Assembly (NCBI GenBank): GCA_041615815.1
Contig: JBFJCP010000010.1
Location: forward strand, 52,258 to 116,257
DNA: 64,000 nucleotides
Direction: 5' to 3'
Source of the DNA: Gemmatimonadales bacterium
GTDB lineage: Bacteria; Gemmatimonadota; Gemmatimonadetes; Gemmatimonadales; GWC2-71-9
Part shown: piece by piece, positions 1 to 9,873 of the stretch
Position numbering within the stretch: the stretch's first letter is position 1
How the letters are laid out: each line of letters starts with the position of its first letter
Translations under genes and position numbers: made by a program
The notes under the pieces: model-generated
Told to the model about the DNA's origin: nothing
What the model saw: only the letters and a program-made list of their open reading frames with translations
Databases searched by the model: none

Positions 1-733
1 CGTGATGGTGGGTGGGTTCGCCACGATCGCCGGTGGTGTCCTGGCCGCATACGTGGCGATGCTCACACCGTTCTTCGAGGATATCGCCGGTCATCTCCTG
101 ACGGCGAGCGTGATGAACGCTCCGGCGGCGCTCCTCATTTCCAAGGTGCTCGTTCCGGAGGTTGGCGAGCCGGTAACGAAGGGCTCACTCAAACTGACCA
201 TAAGTAAGGAAGAGGCGAACGTCATCGACTCGGCGGCCGCCGGAGCATCGCAAGGAATGCAACTGGCGTTCAATGTAGGCGGGATGCTGATCGCGTTCGT
301 GGCGTTCATCGCCCTGCTCAACTATCTCGTGGCCGCGCTGGGTGGCGTCGTGGGACTGGATGGGCTCACCCTCGAGCGGATCTTTGGCTGGGTGTTGGCA
401 CCACTGGCCTGGTTGATGGGGGTGCCGTGGGCCGACGCCGGGCAGGTGGGAGCGCTCATCGGGGTCAAGACCGTGCTCACGGAGTTCATTGCCTACCTGC
501 AACTGGCGGGGACGCTGGCGGTCGACGGCTCGCTCTCCCCCCGTGGCGCCGTGATTGCCACGTACGCGCTGCTGGGATTCGCCAATCTGCCGTCGATCGC
601 GATCCAAATTGGCGGAATCGGTGGAATCGCGCCGGAGCGACGAGGCGATCTTTCCCGCCTCGGTGTGCGGGCGATGGTGGGCGGCAACCTGGCCGCCTTC
701 ATGAGCGCGAGTCTGGCGGGAATGCTGCTATGA
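1..733 (+). CDS. Concentrative nucleoside transporter (CNT/NupC family), 5' partial
   Basis: Motifs GGFATIAGGVLAAY, HLLTASVMNAPA, EFIAY, TYALLGFAN and IQIGGIGGIAPERR; hydrophobic; runs off the window edge; upstream of a nucleoside phosphorylase. Confidence 0.9.
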   Translation, partial: VMVGGFATIAGGVLAAYVAMLTPFFEDIAGHLLTASVMNAPAALLISKVLVPEVGEPVTKGSLKLTISKEEANVIDSAAAGASQGMQLAFNVGGMLIAFVAFIALLNYLVAALGGVVGLDGLTLERIFGWVLAPLAWLMGVPWADAGQVGALIGVKTVLTEFIAYLQLAGTLAVDGSLSPRGAVIATYALLGFANLPSIAIQIGGIGGIAPERRGDLSRLGVRAMVGGNLAAFMSASLAGMLL

Positions 734-864
734 CGGCAGACGGCAGAGGGTCAATGTCGATTGGTGGCGTGCATCCTCAGTCCATGCAGTGCAACGCACG
801 AGCGGCAAGCGCGAATGCTGAGTCCGGTTCTCTGCCCTCTACCCTCTGGCCTCTGCCTTCTCCT
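734..864. repeat. Intergenic heptamer repeats in inverted arrangement
   Basis: CGGCAGA x2 at 734-747 and complementary CTCTGCC/CTCTACC/CTCTGGC/CTCTGCC at 830-857. Confidence 0.6.
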
Positions 865-869
865 CTCTC

Positions 870-1748
870 ATGACCATCAAGGGTGCGCGCAAACGTTCCC
901 GTCCCGCAGCCCCCTCGATTCGTGAGCGGGCTGCCACCGGAGCCTTGCTCCGTGACGCCGTCGCAGCGATCCGACAACGGGTGGGGTCGCAAAGACCGTC
1001 CGTGGCCATCGTGTTGGGCTCTGGGTTGGGGGGTCTCTCGGGCGCTGTGGACGATGCGCGGATCATCCCGTATGGAGAGATCCCCGGCTTCCCGGTCCCC
1101 AAGGTCGTCGGTCACAGCGGCGAACTCGTCGTGGGAACGCTGGAGGGGGTGCCGGTGATCCTCCAAAGCGGCCGGTTTCACATGTATGAGGGGCACGCCC
1201 CGGAGGTGGTCGTTCTTCCCGTCCGTGTGTTCGCCGAGCTTGGCGTCGGGACGCTCATCGTCACGAACGCCGCCGGCGGGATTCGACACACGTTCCGGCC
1301 TCCCACGCTCATGCTGATCGCTGATCACATCAACCTGATGTGGCGCTCGCCGCTTCGGGGGCCGGTCCAAGCACCCGAGGGCCGGTTTCCCGATATGTCG
1401 GAGCCCTACAGCCGACGCTTGCAGCGCCTTGCACAAGAAGTGGCGGCGGCCGAAGGAATTGGGCTCGAAACAGGCGTCTACGTGGCGGTGCTCGGCCCGA
1501 GCTTCGAGACGCCAGCGGAAGTGCGTATGCTCGGGTCGCTGGGGGCAGACGCCGTCGGCATGTCCACGGTTCCCGAAGTGACGGTGGGCCGTGCTCGGGG
1601 TATGGACGTGCTGGGGATCTCCACGATCTCCAACTTCGGGGCCGGCCTCTCCCCCAATCCCCTCTCGCACGAGGAGGTTTTGGAAGCCGGGAAGGCGGTG
1701 GCGCAGGACCTGGAGCGATTGGTCCGCGGAGTGGTGAAGATGTTGTAG
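870..1748 (+). CDS. punA: Purine nucleoside phosphorylase (trimeric PNP/XapA type)
   Basis: IVLGSGLG, YGEIPGFP, GRFHMYEG, LIVTNAAGG, DHIN, GPSFETPAE, AVGMSTVPE, HEEVL. Confidence 0.92.
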   Translation: MTIKGARKRSRPAAPSIRERAATGALLRDAVAAIRQRVGSQRPSVAIVLGSGLGGLSGAVDDARIIPYGEIPGFPVPKVVGHSGELVVGTLEGVPVILQSGRFHMYEGHAPEVVVLPVRVFAELGVGTLIVTNAAGGIRHTFRPPTLMLIADHINLMWRSPLRGPVQAPEGRFPDMSEPYSRRLQRLAQEVAAAEGIGLETGVYVAVLGPSFETPAEVRMLGSLGADAVGMSTVPEVTVGRARGMDVLGISTISNFGAGLSPNPLSHEEVLEAGKAVAQDLERLVRGVVKML

Positions 1749-1840
1749 GGTGGAAGGTTAGAAGGCTGGAAAGTCGGGATGGCAAAAGGTTGGAAGCGAG
1801 AGATCTTCCGTCTTTTTCGTCCGTTCGTCCAGCTTTCTTG
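1749..1840. repeat. Degenerate octamer repeats (AGGYYGGR-like) with a pyrimidine-rich counter-arm
   Basis: aggttaga aggctgga aagtcggg ... aggttgga followed by cttccgtctttttcgtccgttcgtccagctttc. Confidence 0.5.
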
Positions 1841-1961
1841 CGTTCCGGCATTCTCACCGTATCGTGTCTCTTCCCCGCTTCTCTTTCCCGCGCAACCCTT
1901 TTTTCCGACCTTGTGTCCTACAGAGCAGAAAACGGTTGATCCGAGAGCCCCCGGGGGGTTG

Positions 1962-2507
1962 GTGGACGAGACGCAACTGCTTGCTCGGCTTCGCGCCGGA
2001 GAGCCCGAGGCCCAACGCAGCTTCTACGATCAGCACGTGGATCGGATCTTCCGTTTGGCGTATCGAATGACGGGGGATGACGAATTGGCGCGGGACTTCA
2101 CCCAGGAGGCCTTTATCCGCGCTTTCGATCGGATCGGTCAGTTTCGCGGGGATGCGGCTCTGGGGACGTGGCTCTTCTCCGTTGCGTCGCGCGTGGTCCT
2201 GAACGGCCTACGCAAGGTCAAGCGGTTCCGCCAACGGGAAGTGGCGCTGGACGAAGTAGGGGCGGTATCTGCGGCACCGCGTCGTGAAGCCGAGCCGGAT
2301 CTGAAGGATCGACTGCGTCATGCAATTGATGCACTGCCCAACAAGTATCGCATGGTGTTTGTGATGCACGATATCGAGGGATACACACATGAAGAAATCG
2401 GCGCTGCGCTAGGCGTGCAGACCGGCACCTCCAAGGCACAGCTTTCGCGGGCCCGCGCCCGCTTGCGGGAATCGCTAGCAGATTTCGCTCCGGAGTGGGC
2501 ATCATGA
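1962..2507 (+). CDS. ECF-type RNA polymerase sigma-70 factor
   Basis: AYRMTGDDELARDFTQEAFIRAF, FRGDAALGTWL (region 2) and VFVMHDIEGYTHEEIG..GTSKAQLSRAR (region 4); start set at GTG 1962, though the ORF is open from 1779. Confidence 0.9.
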   Translation: MDETQLLARLRAGEPEAQRSFYDQHVDRIFRLAYRMTGDDELARDFTQEAFIRAFDRIGQFRGDAALGTWLFSVASRVVLNGLRKVKRFRQREVALDEVGAVSAAPRREAEPDLKDRLRHAIDALPNKYRMVFVMHDIEGYTHEEIGAALGVQTGTSKAQLSRARARLRESLADFAPEWAS

Positions 2508-3133
2508 CCAATGAGCGTTTCAACGAGCGCATCCGCCGGGCCGTGCAGGACTATCACCGGCCTCCGCCCACCCCCCGGGAGGAGATGTGGCTCGCCATCG
2601 AACAGGGGCGCGAGCGAGACGCGGGGCACCGGGCCGGCGACCCGGGGCGGGTGACACGTGGCGTGTGGTGGATGATGGGTCTCGCCGCGGCCTTGCTGCT
2701 AGGCATTGCCATTGGGCGCTTCGCTCTCGAGGGCCCGACCGTGTCACGATCCGTCGCGTCGGTTGGCGAAGGTATGCCGGCCTCCACGGAGGCATATCGC
2801 GTGGCCGCCGGCGAGCACCTGACCCAGGTCGAGACATTTCTCACGGTGTTTCGCGTGGAGGCTCGTGCGGGGCGTGCCGACGAAGCAGCGGTCAGCCCCG
2901 CGCGTGATCTCCTCGTAACGACCCAACTCATGCTGGACTCCCCAGCGGGGGACGACGTCCAGCTCAGAACATTGCTCGAGGACATCGAGCTCGTGCTCAT
3001 GCAGATCGCGCTGTTCTCGAACCAGCGGGGATCGGGCGAACTCGAGCTCATCGATCAAGGAATCGAACAACGAGGCGTTCTGCTGAAGCTACAGACACTG
3101 TCGACAGCCGGTGGAATGCAAGGAGCGCTGTGA
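2504..3133 (+). CDS. Probable single-TM anti-sigma factor-like protein
   Basis: ATGA overlap with the sigma gene; PPPTPREEMW N-terminus, one TM (WWMMGLAAALLLGIAIG), helical C-domain. Confidence 0.65.
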   Translation: MTNERFNERIRRAVQDYHRPPPTPREEMWLAIEQGRERDAGHRAGDPGRVTRGVWWMMGLAAALLLGIAIGRFALEGPTVSRSVASVGEGMPASTEAYRVAAGEHLTQVETFLTVFRVEARAGRADEAAVSPARDLLVTTQLMLDSPAGDDVQLRTLLEDIELVLMQIALFSNQRGSGELELIDQGIEQRGVLLKLQTLSTAGGMQGAL

Positions 3134-4689
3134 TCATGCGGAAGACCCGAATGCAGGTGGTGGGTGTCATGGTGGGTGGACTGGTTGCCGCCAGCGGCGC
3201 TCACGGTCAGGACCCGGCGCCGCTGGGGCCCGTCCGGGCGTCGCTCGCGGTGGCCGAGGCCCGTGTGGCGCTGGTGGGACATACGCTGGAGGCGGCGGCA
3301 CCGCAGCTCGCGGCGGTCGAAGCATCGCTCGGTGGCTGGGGGGTGATTGCTCCGATGGTGGAGCAAATCGAAGCGCGAGCCCCCGAGGCTTGGCTACGGC
3401 AAGATCCGGCGGATTCCCTGTACCGAGAGGCCCGAGAGGCCCTGAACCGGGGCAACTACGACCGCGCCGCAATCTTGTTCCGCGATCTCCGGCGTCGGTT
3501 TCCGCGATCAGGCTATGTGGCGGATTCGTATTACTGGGAGGCGTTTGCTCGGTATCGAGATGGTGGCGAAGAGCAGGACCGCGCGGCGTTGGATCTCCTC
3601 CGCCGTCAGGGCGAGACCCATCCGGATGCGGAGACCCGGGCATCGGCCGAAGTCTTGGCTACCCGGATCCGAGGGCGGTTGGCCGCGGCGGGAGACGCGC
3701 CTGCCGCCGAGCGCGTGGCGGTCATTGCCGCGCCACCGGCTCCCCCGGCCCCTGCCATTGCGCCGCCGGGGGCCCCTGCCATTGCGCCGCGTCCTGCGGC
3801 AGCCCCGCAATTCAGCGATCAGGACGACGACATTCGGATTGCTGCGCTCAACGCGCTCCTGCAAATGGATGCGGAGCAGGCCATCCCGATTCTCAAACAG
3901 ATTCTGGAGCGCCGCGACGCAGGGTCGACCCGCCTGCGACGCAAGGCGGTATTCCTGGTATCGCAGAAACGATCGCCCGAGACGGAGACGATCCTGCTCA
4001 ACGTGATCCGCAACGATCCCGACTCGGACGTGCGGGCGCAGGGCGTGTTCTGGCTTTCGCAGGTGCCGACCGAAAACGCGGTGGCGGCGTTGGATTCCAT
4101 TCTCATGGCGTCCGACGATCGGCAAGTGCAGAAGAAAGCCATCTTCGCGCTGTCGCAACACAACAGCGAGCGCGCAGGACGGGCGCTGCGAGCCTACGCG
4201 CAGCGGCGGGATGCCCCTGAGGAATTGCGCCGGGATGCGATCTTCTGGCTGGGACAGCACTCGGCGGAAGCGAATCAGGCGTTCTTGCGTCAACTCTACC
4301 CGAGCCTGCAGAGCTCCCGTTTGAAGGAGCGGGTCATATTCGCAATCTCGCAACGCGCAACCGCCGAGAACCAACGCTGGCTCCTGGATCTCGCACGCAA
4401 TAGCAACGAGTCCATCGAGATGCGGAAGAAGGCGCTGTTCTGGGCAGGACAAAGTGGGGTCGCGATCTCGGAGCTCGTATCGCTCTACAGTGCCATCCCG
4501 GATCGAGAAATGCGCGAGCAGCTCATCTTCGTGTACTCGCAACGGTCCGATGGCGAAGCGGTGGACAAGCTCATGGATATCGCGCGCAACGACCCGAGTC
4601 CGGAGTTGCAGAAGAAGGCGGTGTTCTGGCTCGGGCAATCCAAGGATCCGCGCGTCGCCCAGTTCCTGCTGGAGATCATCAACCGATGA
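3130..4689 (+). CDS. Secreted HEAT-repeat protein with TPR-like segment
   Basis: Signal peptide (..ASGAHG/Q), TPR-like DSLYREAREALN..YYWEAFARY, repeated 'R.KAIFWLGQ'-type HEAT units. Confidence 0.8.
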   Translation: MIMRKTRMQVVGVMVGGLVAASGAHGQDPAPLGPVRASLAVAEARVALVGHTLEAAAPQLAAVEASLGGWGVIAPMVEQIEARAPEAWLRQDPADSLYREAREALNRGNYDRAAILFRDLRRRFPRSGYVADSYYWEAFARYRDGGEEQDRAALDLLRRQGETHPDAETRASAEVLATRIRGRLAAAGDAPAAERVAVIAAPPAPPAPAIAPPGAPAIAPRPAAAPQFSDQDDDIRIAALNALLQMDAEQAIPILKQILERRDAGSTRLRRKAVFLVSQKRSPETETILLNVIRNDPDSDVRAQGVFWLSQVPTENAVAALDSILMASDDRQVQKKAIFALSQHNSERAGRALRAYAQRRDAPEELRRDAIFWLGQHSAEANQAFLRQLYPSLQSSRLKERVIFAISQRATAENQRWLLDLARNSNESIEMRKKALFWAGQSGVAISELVSLYSAIPDREMREQLIFVYSQRSDGEAVDKLMDIARNDPSPELQKKAVFWLGQSKDPRVAQFLLEIINR

Positions 4690-5486
4690 AGAACAAGACG
4701 GAACGTGTCGCGGACCGTCGTTGGGTCGTGACCTCGTGGCAGCTGGTCGTTGCGTTCACGGCCGTGTTGGCGGCGCTTCCGAGGATGGGTCGAACGCAAT
4801 CGATTGCCGAACGTGTGGCCGGGGTGCGGGACGGCAAAGTGCGCATGAGCTTTGCCGCCAAGGAGGGTGTCTGTGGGGATGGGCGGTCCATCACGACGCA
4901 CCGGAGCACCGAGGACTGGGAGGGTTGGTGTGAGGGGGGCCCGGTCCGAGTGGTGCTGCGACTCCGGCGTGGTGACGTCGTGGATCTCGATACGTTCGTT
5001 GGTGGGCGGTGGCGCGCGGCGGGTGAGGGGGTGGATCTTGGCCCGGTCTCCGCCCCGGCGGCTGCGGAGTTTCTGTTGTCGATCGCTCGCCGTTCCGGCG
5101 CTCAGGTGGGGAAGGCAGCAATCGTAGGGGCCGTGCTGGCAGACAGCGCCGTGGTGTGGCCGACCCTGCTGGCGATGGCCAAAGACCACGCGCGTCCAGG
5201 CGAGATTCGGCGCGCCGCCGTGTTCTGGTTGAGCCAGGCGGCGAGCGATCGTGCGACTGAGGGACTGGAAGAGATCGTCGACGACGATGCCACCGATCTC
5301 AAGGTCCGTGAGCACGCGGTGTTTGCCCTCTCGCAACGACCCCAGAATGAAGGCGTGCCGGCGCTCATCCGGGTGGCACGGAGTCACAACAGTCCCAGGA
5401 TCAGAAAAAAGGCACTTTTCTGGCTGGGGCAAAGCGCCGATCCCCGAGCTATCCAGTTGTTCGAGGAAATTCTGCTACAGCCGTAA
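4686..5486 (+). CDS. Exported HEAT-repeat protein
   Basis: RRAAVFWLSQ, REHAVFALSQ and RKKALFWLGQ repeats; ATGA overlap. Confidence 0.8.
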   Translation: MKNKTERVADRRWVVTSWQLVVAFTAVLAALPRMGRTQSIAERVAGVRDGKVRMSFAAKEGVCGDGRSITTHRSTEDWEGWCEGGPVRVVLRLRRGDVVDLDTFVGGRWRAAGEGVDLGPVSAPAAAEFLLSIARRSGAQVGKAAIVGAVLADSAVVWPTLLAMAKDHARPGEIRRAAVFWLSQAASDRATEGLEEIVDDDATDLKVREHAVFALSQRPQNEGVPALIRVARSHNSPRIRKKALFWLGQSADPRAIQLFEEILLQP

Positions 5487-5609
5487 GCGTTCCCCTGGTC
5501 GAGAACCCACGGGACCAGCTTCCCCCAGCCAGTTGCCCAAACCCCTCCGCCTGATCATTAGTGTATTGACCAGTCGCACGCGCCTGTCTCAACCCCAGGA
5601 GCCTGTCGA

Positions 5610-7064
5610 ATGATTGCTAGTGCTGCCCGAGTGAGAACCATCCTCCTCATCGTTGTTGCAAGCACCGTTGCGGCCTGCGCCACCAATCCCGCCACCGGTC
5701 GGCGGCAATTGATGCTCGTCAGCGAGGGGCAGGAGATTGCGATGGGCCAGGAGGCCGATCCGCAGATCGTGGCGCAGTTCGGACTCTACCCGGACGAGTC
5801 CCTCCAACAGTACCTCGACGGAATCGGCCAGCGGTTGGCCTCGCTCTCTGAGCGTCCCGATCTGCCGTGGACCTTCCGGCTACTGGACGATCCGGTGGTC
5901 AATGCGTTCGCTCTACCCGGCGGTTTCAACTACATCACGCGCGGGATCATGGTGCACTTCAATTCGGAAGCCGAGCTGGCGGGCGTGATGGGTCACGAGC
6001 TCGGCCATGTCACCGCACGGCATTCAGCGGCCCAGATGACGCAGCAGACGCTCGCCGGTGTGGGGCTTGTGGCGGGGATGATTCTCGTGCCGGATCTCCA
6101 GGACTACGCCGGGCTCGCCGGTGCCGGGCTCCAACTCATGTTCCTCCGCTTCAGCCGGGATGACGAACGAGAGGCGGACGATCTGGGTCTGCGCTACATC
6201 TACCGCGCCGGATATGATCCCCGGGAAATGCCCAACGTCTTTGCCATGCTCGAGCGCGTGAGCCGCGCGAGTGGGGCGGGTCGAGTGCCCGGGTGGCTCT
6301 CGACCCATCCCGACCCCGCCGATCGGCAGGAGCGGATTCGGGAGAAGATCGCGGCGCTGCCGGTTCAGGACTTTTCCGCCCTGGTGGTGGCGCGTGATGA
6401 GTACCTTCGGCGTCTCGACGGCATGGTCTACGGGCCCAACCCTCGCGAGGGCTACTTTCGTGGGCAGAATTTCTTGCACCCTGATCTCGAATTCCAGCTG
6501 ACGTTTCCGCCCAACTGGCGGACGATGAACCAGAAACGGGCGGTCCTGGCACAACCGCCCGATCGGGACGGCCTGTTCGAACTGACGCTTGCCCAGGTGG
6601 CGTCACCCATGGAGGGTGCACAGGGGTTTCTGGCCGAGGAGGGTGTCAGCGGTGGGCCTGCGCGTTCCGGCAACATCAATGGACACTCGGCTGCGACCGC
6701 AGGCTTTCGCGCACAAACGAATCAGGGGGTGCTAGAGGGCATCGTCACATTCATTGCCTATCGAGGCAACGTCTATCGGCTCATGGGCTACGCTCCGAGA
6801 GAACGGTGGCGCGTCTACAATCAAGACATGCGCGCCATCACGGGAACGTTCGATCGCCTGACCGACCAGGAAGCGCTGAACGCGCAGCCGTTACGCATTC
6901 GTGTTGACCAAGTGAGCGGCGCCATGACGTTATCTGAGTTCGTGGCGCGGGAACCCTCGCCCGTCGCAGTCGAGACGGTGGCTCTCCTGAATCAGATGGA
7001 GCCCACCACGATGCTTACACGGGGGCAGCTGGTGAAACGGGTGGTAGGCCAGACGCCTCCGTAA
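5610..7064 (+). CDS. M48 family zinc metalloprotease lipoprotein (BepA/YfgC-like)
   Basis: Lipobox VAAC-ATNPATG, VNAFALPGG, HELGH, SRDDEREAD, LSTHP. Confidence 0.88.
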   Translation: MIASAARVRTILLIVVASTVAACATNPATGRRQLMLVSEGQEIAMGQEADPQIVAQFGLYPDESLQQYLDGIGQRLASLSERPDLPWTFRLLDDPVVNAFALPGGFNYITRGIMVHFNSEAELAGVMGHELGHVTARHSAAQMTQQTLAGVGLVAGMILVPDLQDYAGLAGAGLQLMFLRFSRDDEREADDLGLRYIYRAGYDPREMPNVFAMLERVSRASGAGRVPGWLSTHPDPADRQERIREKIAALPVQDFSALVVARDEYLRRLDGMVYGPNPREGYFRGQNFLHPDLEFQLTFPPNWRTMNQKRAVLAQPPDRDGLFELTLAQVASPMEGAQGFLAEEGVSGGPARSGNINGHSAATAGFRAQTNQGVLEGIVTFIAYRGNVYRLMGYAPRERWRVYNQDMRAITGTFDRLTDQEALNAQPLRIRVDQVSGAMTLSEFVAREPSPVAVETVALLNQMEPTTMLTRGQLVKRVVGQTPP

Positions 7065-7178
7065 GCGTAGCAAAGCGGCACGCGCAGCTGCTGCTGCACT
7101 AGAACCGGCAGGAATGGATGCAGGGGAAGAAGTGGCGGGGGTGGATGGAAACAAAGAGCCGATGGCCGTCGGGAGCTG

Positions 7179-7874
7179 CTACACGGCTTTTGGTGGATAC
7201 ACACGGACCTCGGAGCCCACGGCGAAGATCGTGGACACCGGGGTCCGCTCGTTCAGGAAACCCCAGCGATTGCCATACAGGGCGCGAAAGTCGATGTCGT
7301 AGTCGACATCCCGGAGTTCACGGATGGCCCACTCGGGGTGCTCGACGCGGTACCGGAGCAGCCTTCCGCTTCGCGTCGTCCCGAATCCCCACGTGTGTTC
7401 CTTGAAGTGGTGCTCGACGGACGAATCGGGTGGCACGCTGCTGGTGATGGAACCCACGGCCCGCAGGCGATACGCTCCGAATCGGTGTGTCACGGTAACC
7501 AGGCCGTCACCGCTCCGCGTGCTGCTCCGCATGGCCAATACTTGATAGGGTTCGTTGTACCGCCATCGTGCGACCGTTGCCACCAACCGCGATGGGACCA
7601 GTTCGCGCAGGAAGATCACGCCCCGATCGTCCTGGTGCCGGGCATAGGTGCGCAGGTTGATCTCCGGGAAGTTCTCGAGTCCCGGCACTAGGCAGCCCAT
7701 AACGCGCGTGTCGCGAAAATCGAACGCCACCAAGCTCACATGCGTGCAGCCGCTCCACCGATCCGGCTCCAGCTCGCGATGGAGTGCTGCGCGGACGAGC
7801 TTGGCCGGTGCTTCGAAGGTCAGCAGCACCAGGTTGGCCCAGCGCGCCGTGAGAAATGGTCGGGGCTCGCTCAC
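7179..7874 (-). CDS. DUF2071 (YqjF) family protein
   Basis: FLTARWANL, VSLVAFDF, FPEINLRTY, RGVIFLRE, Y.VEHPEW. Confidence 0.8.
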   Translation of the reverse strand: MSEPRPFLTARWANLVLLTFEAPAKLVRAALHRELEPDRWSGCTHVSLVAFDFRDTRVMGCLVPGLENFPEINLRTYARHQDDRGVIFLRELVPSRLVATVARWRYNEPYQVLAMRSSTRSGDGLVTVTHRFGAYRLRAVGSITSSVPPDSSVEHHFKEHTWGFGTTRSGRLLRYRVEHPEWAIRELRDVDYDIDFRALYGNRWGFLNERTPVSTIFAVGSEVRVYPPKAV

Positions 7875-7963
7875 GGCGAGCGCCCCATCGAGCCGCCCGT
7901 GCGCGGAACTGGCCCCGAAACTATCGTTGCATATGGAGCGGTGATGCTTTCAGGAGGAACCGA

Positions 7964-8392
7964 TTGAACGTCGATCCTGCTCAGCCAGTGGTGCTTGCGT
8001 CCCCCCGATTGCTGCATGCCATGCTCGTTGCTGGGGTGGTCATCATCATGGTTGTGTTGGGGGTGGTACGCGCGGCGTCGGCTTTGGATCCTCTGACGTC
8101 GCTCATCCCTTACTTCCGGTTGGCAGCCATGGGAGTGTTGATCGCATCGTATGTCGTCATGTGGATCCTCCGACTTCGGATCGAGCCTCGCCGCGCCACC
8201 GAAGACCGCCGCCACTGGTGGCAACGTCATTTGACCACCGCACTGGCGGTGTGGGCTCTTGCCGAGGGGGCCGCAATGGTTGGCGCCGTGTTCTGGTTTC
8301 TCACGGGGGATACGATCATCCTCGTTGGTGTCGCCGGTCTCGCGCTGACACTCTTGGTGATGAATCGACCGGGGCGTCTCGAAGAGGGCTAG
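7964..8392 (+). CDS. Hypothetical membrane protein (about 4 TM)
   Basis: AGGAGG RBS before TTG 7964; four hydrophobic segments. Confidence 0.6.
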   Translation: MNVDPAQPVVLASPRLLHAMLVAGVVIIMVVLGVVRAASALDPLTSLIPYFRLAAMGVLIASYVVMWILRLRIEPRRATEDRRHWWQRHLTTALAVWALAEGAAMVGAVFWFLTGDTIILVGVAGLALTLLVMNRPGRLEEG

Positions 8393-9873
8393 GCCTGCTC
8401 CTCCTCAACCGCGCCGGCCCCGGGCTCGGGATCGTGGGGCAGGCTGCCGCGGGGTGATCGGAGGTAGCCGAACGGTGTTTGGAAAAGAAAGTTCGAGACG
8501 CGTGACATGTAGATGTCCGCGTGTCGCTCCACCTGACGTGCCAGATGGCTCTTGTCATTGCCCGCCCGCATCAGGGGTCCCCAATTGGAATTGTTCAGCG
8601 CGCTGGCGGCACTCGCCAACGGTGAAATCTCCGCATCCAGCGCCATGATCTCTTCCCGGGTCGACGCGAGTCGTCGTTCGAGAACCCCGATTGACGTGCG
8701 TGGCGAGGGCCCATAGGCCTCCCGCTTCCGCTGCAGCTGGAGCCGCAGCTGATACATCTCGTACTCCAGACGTTCCTTTTGCTTCATGAGCGTTGTAAGA
8801 CGGTGCTGCTGCGGTTCGAAGTCCACCGAGGCCGCGAAATCAGCCTCCAACTCGCGCAGCACGAGAGCCGTACGCCATCGGGATACACTCTTCGATACCT
8901 GGACGTCGGTATACAGGTGGTCCCCCACATAAAGAATCTCGTCGCCGGACATGCCAAGGTACCGCTCCACTGCCGGGGCATTGCCACCGAGATAGATCCC
9001 TCCGTGCCGGATTCCCCAAGGCGAGGGTCGCAATAGCCCGTCATCGTTCACGACTTCGAATACCGGATTTGGGGACGAGAAAAAACTGGGTTTGCGGGCG
9101 GACACAATGATGACGTCGAAGAGATCACGCCACGTCATGTCATCGGGCAAGTACGCGTCAAACGCGTACGTCATCATGGCACGGGTGTAGTCCCACTCCG
9201 AATTGGTAATTGCGAGGAGCTTCTTCCCCGCATGCCGCTGGTCCAAAATGGCGAGCGGTAGGTCCGGATCCAGTTCGACGAACCGATCTGGATCGGCGAT
9301 GATCTCCGCCTTGAGCTCCCCCTCCATATGCGCTTCGTCTATCGACGTCCGAACCGCCCGGTACAGGTCCGTGTATCCGAGCACGCCTTCGATCTTTCCG
9401 GCGTCCAAGAGATCGACGAGCTGGGCGTACATACAGGCCTCGGACAGGGAGAACAGGGTGTTGAGGAACTGAAACCGCGGTTCGTTGAGGTCCACGAGAA
9501 TACGAGCGTAGGTCTCACGTTGCTCATCGAAGCTCGTCCGACTCGTTCCGTGAAAGGCACGTTTGACATAGCCGAAGCGATTGGCCTTGACCAAGTTCCC
9601 TCGCTCGATGTCGAGGATGAGGCCGCGGACGATCAGTTGCGGATCGAACTCGAGATCCTGAACCGGCCAGCCAAACGCCAAGAGCTTTTGGCGCAGATGC
9701 TCGTACGCGCGTCGCTCCCACTCTTCGATCCGATAGTGGATGAGCGTGTAATCCATGTCGTACCCGATGGCCTTGATGGCGCGGAGGTTGAGCGTTCGGT
9801 TGCAGAAGATCTGACGCTCCCGCCCCGGGGTCGGTGAGTCGTGGGGCTGGGGGAGCGGTTGGGCGGTGCTCAC
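8389..9873 (-). CDS. HAD-IG family 5'-nucleotidase (cN-II/NT5DC-like)
   Basis: IFCNRTLNL, IGYDMDYTLIHY, ITNSEWDY, RKPSFF, YVGDHLYTD, ADIYMSRV; GTG start overlaps the thiD stop. Confidence 0.9.
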   Translation of the reverse strand: MSTAQPLPQPHDSPTPGRERQIFCNRTLNLRAIKAIGYDMDYTLIHYRIEEWERRAYEHLRQKLLAFGWPVQDLEFDPQLIVRGLILDIERGNLVKANRFGYVKRAFHGTSRTSFDEQRETYARILVDLNEPRFQFLNTLFSLSEACMYAQLVDLLDAGKIEGVLGYTDLYRAVRTSIDEAHMEGELKAEIIADPDRFVELDPDLPLAILDQRHAGKKLLAITNSEWDYTRAMMTYAFDAYLPDDMTWRDLFDVIIVSARKPSFFSSPNPVFEVVNDDGLLRPSPWGIRHGGIYLGGNAPAVERYLGMSGDEILYVGDHLYTDVQVSKSVSRWRTALVLRELEADFAASVDFEPQQHRLTTLMKQKERLEYEMYQLRLQLQRKREAYGPSPRTSIGVLERRLASTREEIMALDAEISPLASAASALNNSNWGPLMRAGNDKSHLARQVERHADIYMSRVSNFLFQTPFGYLRSPRGSLPHDPEPGAGAVEEEQA

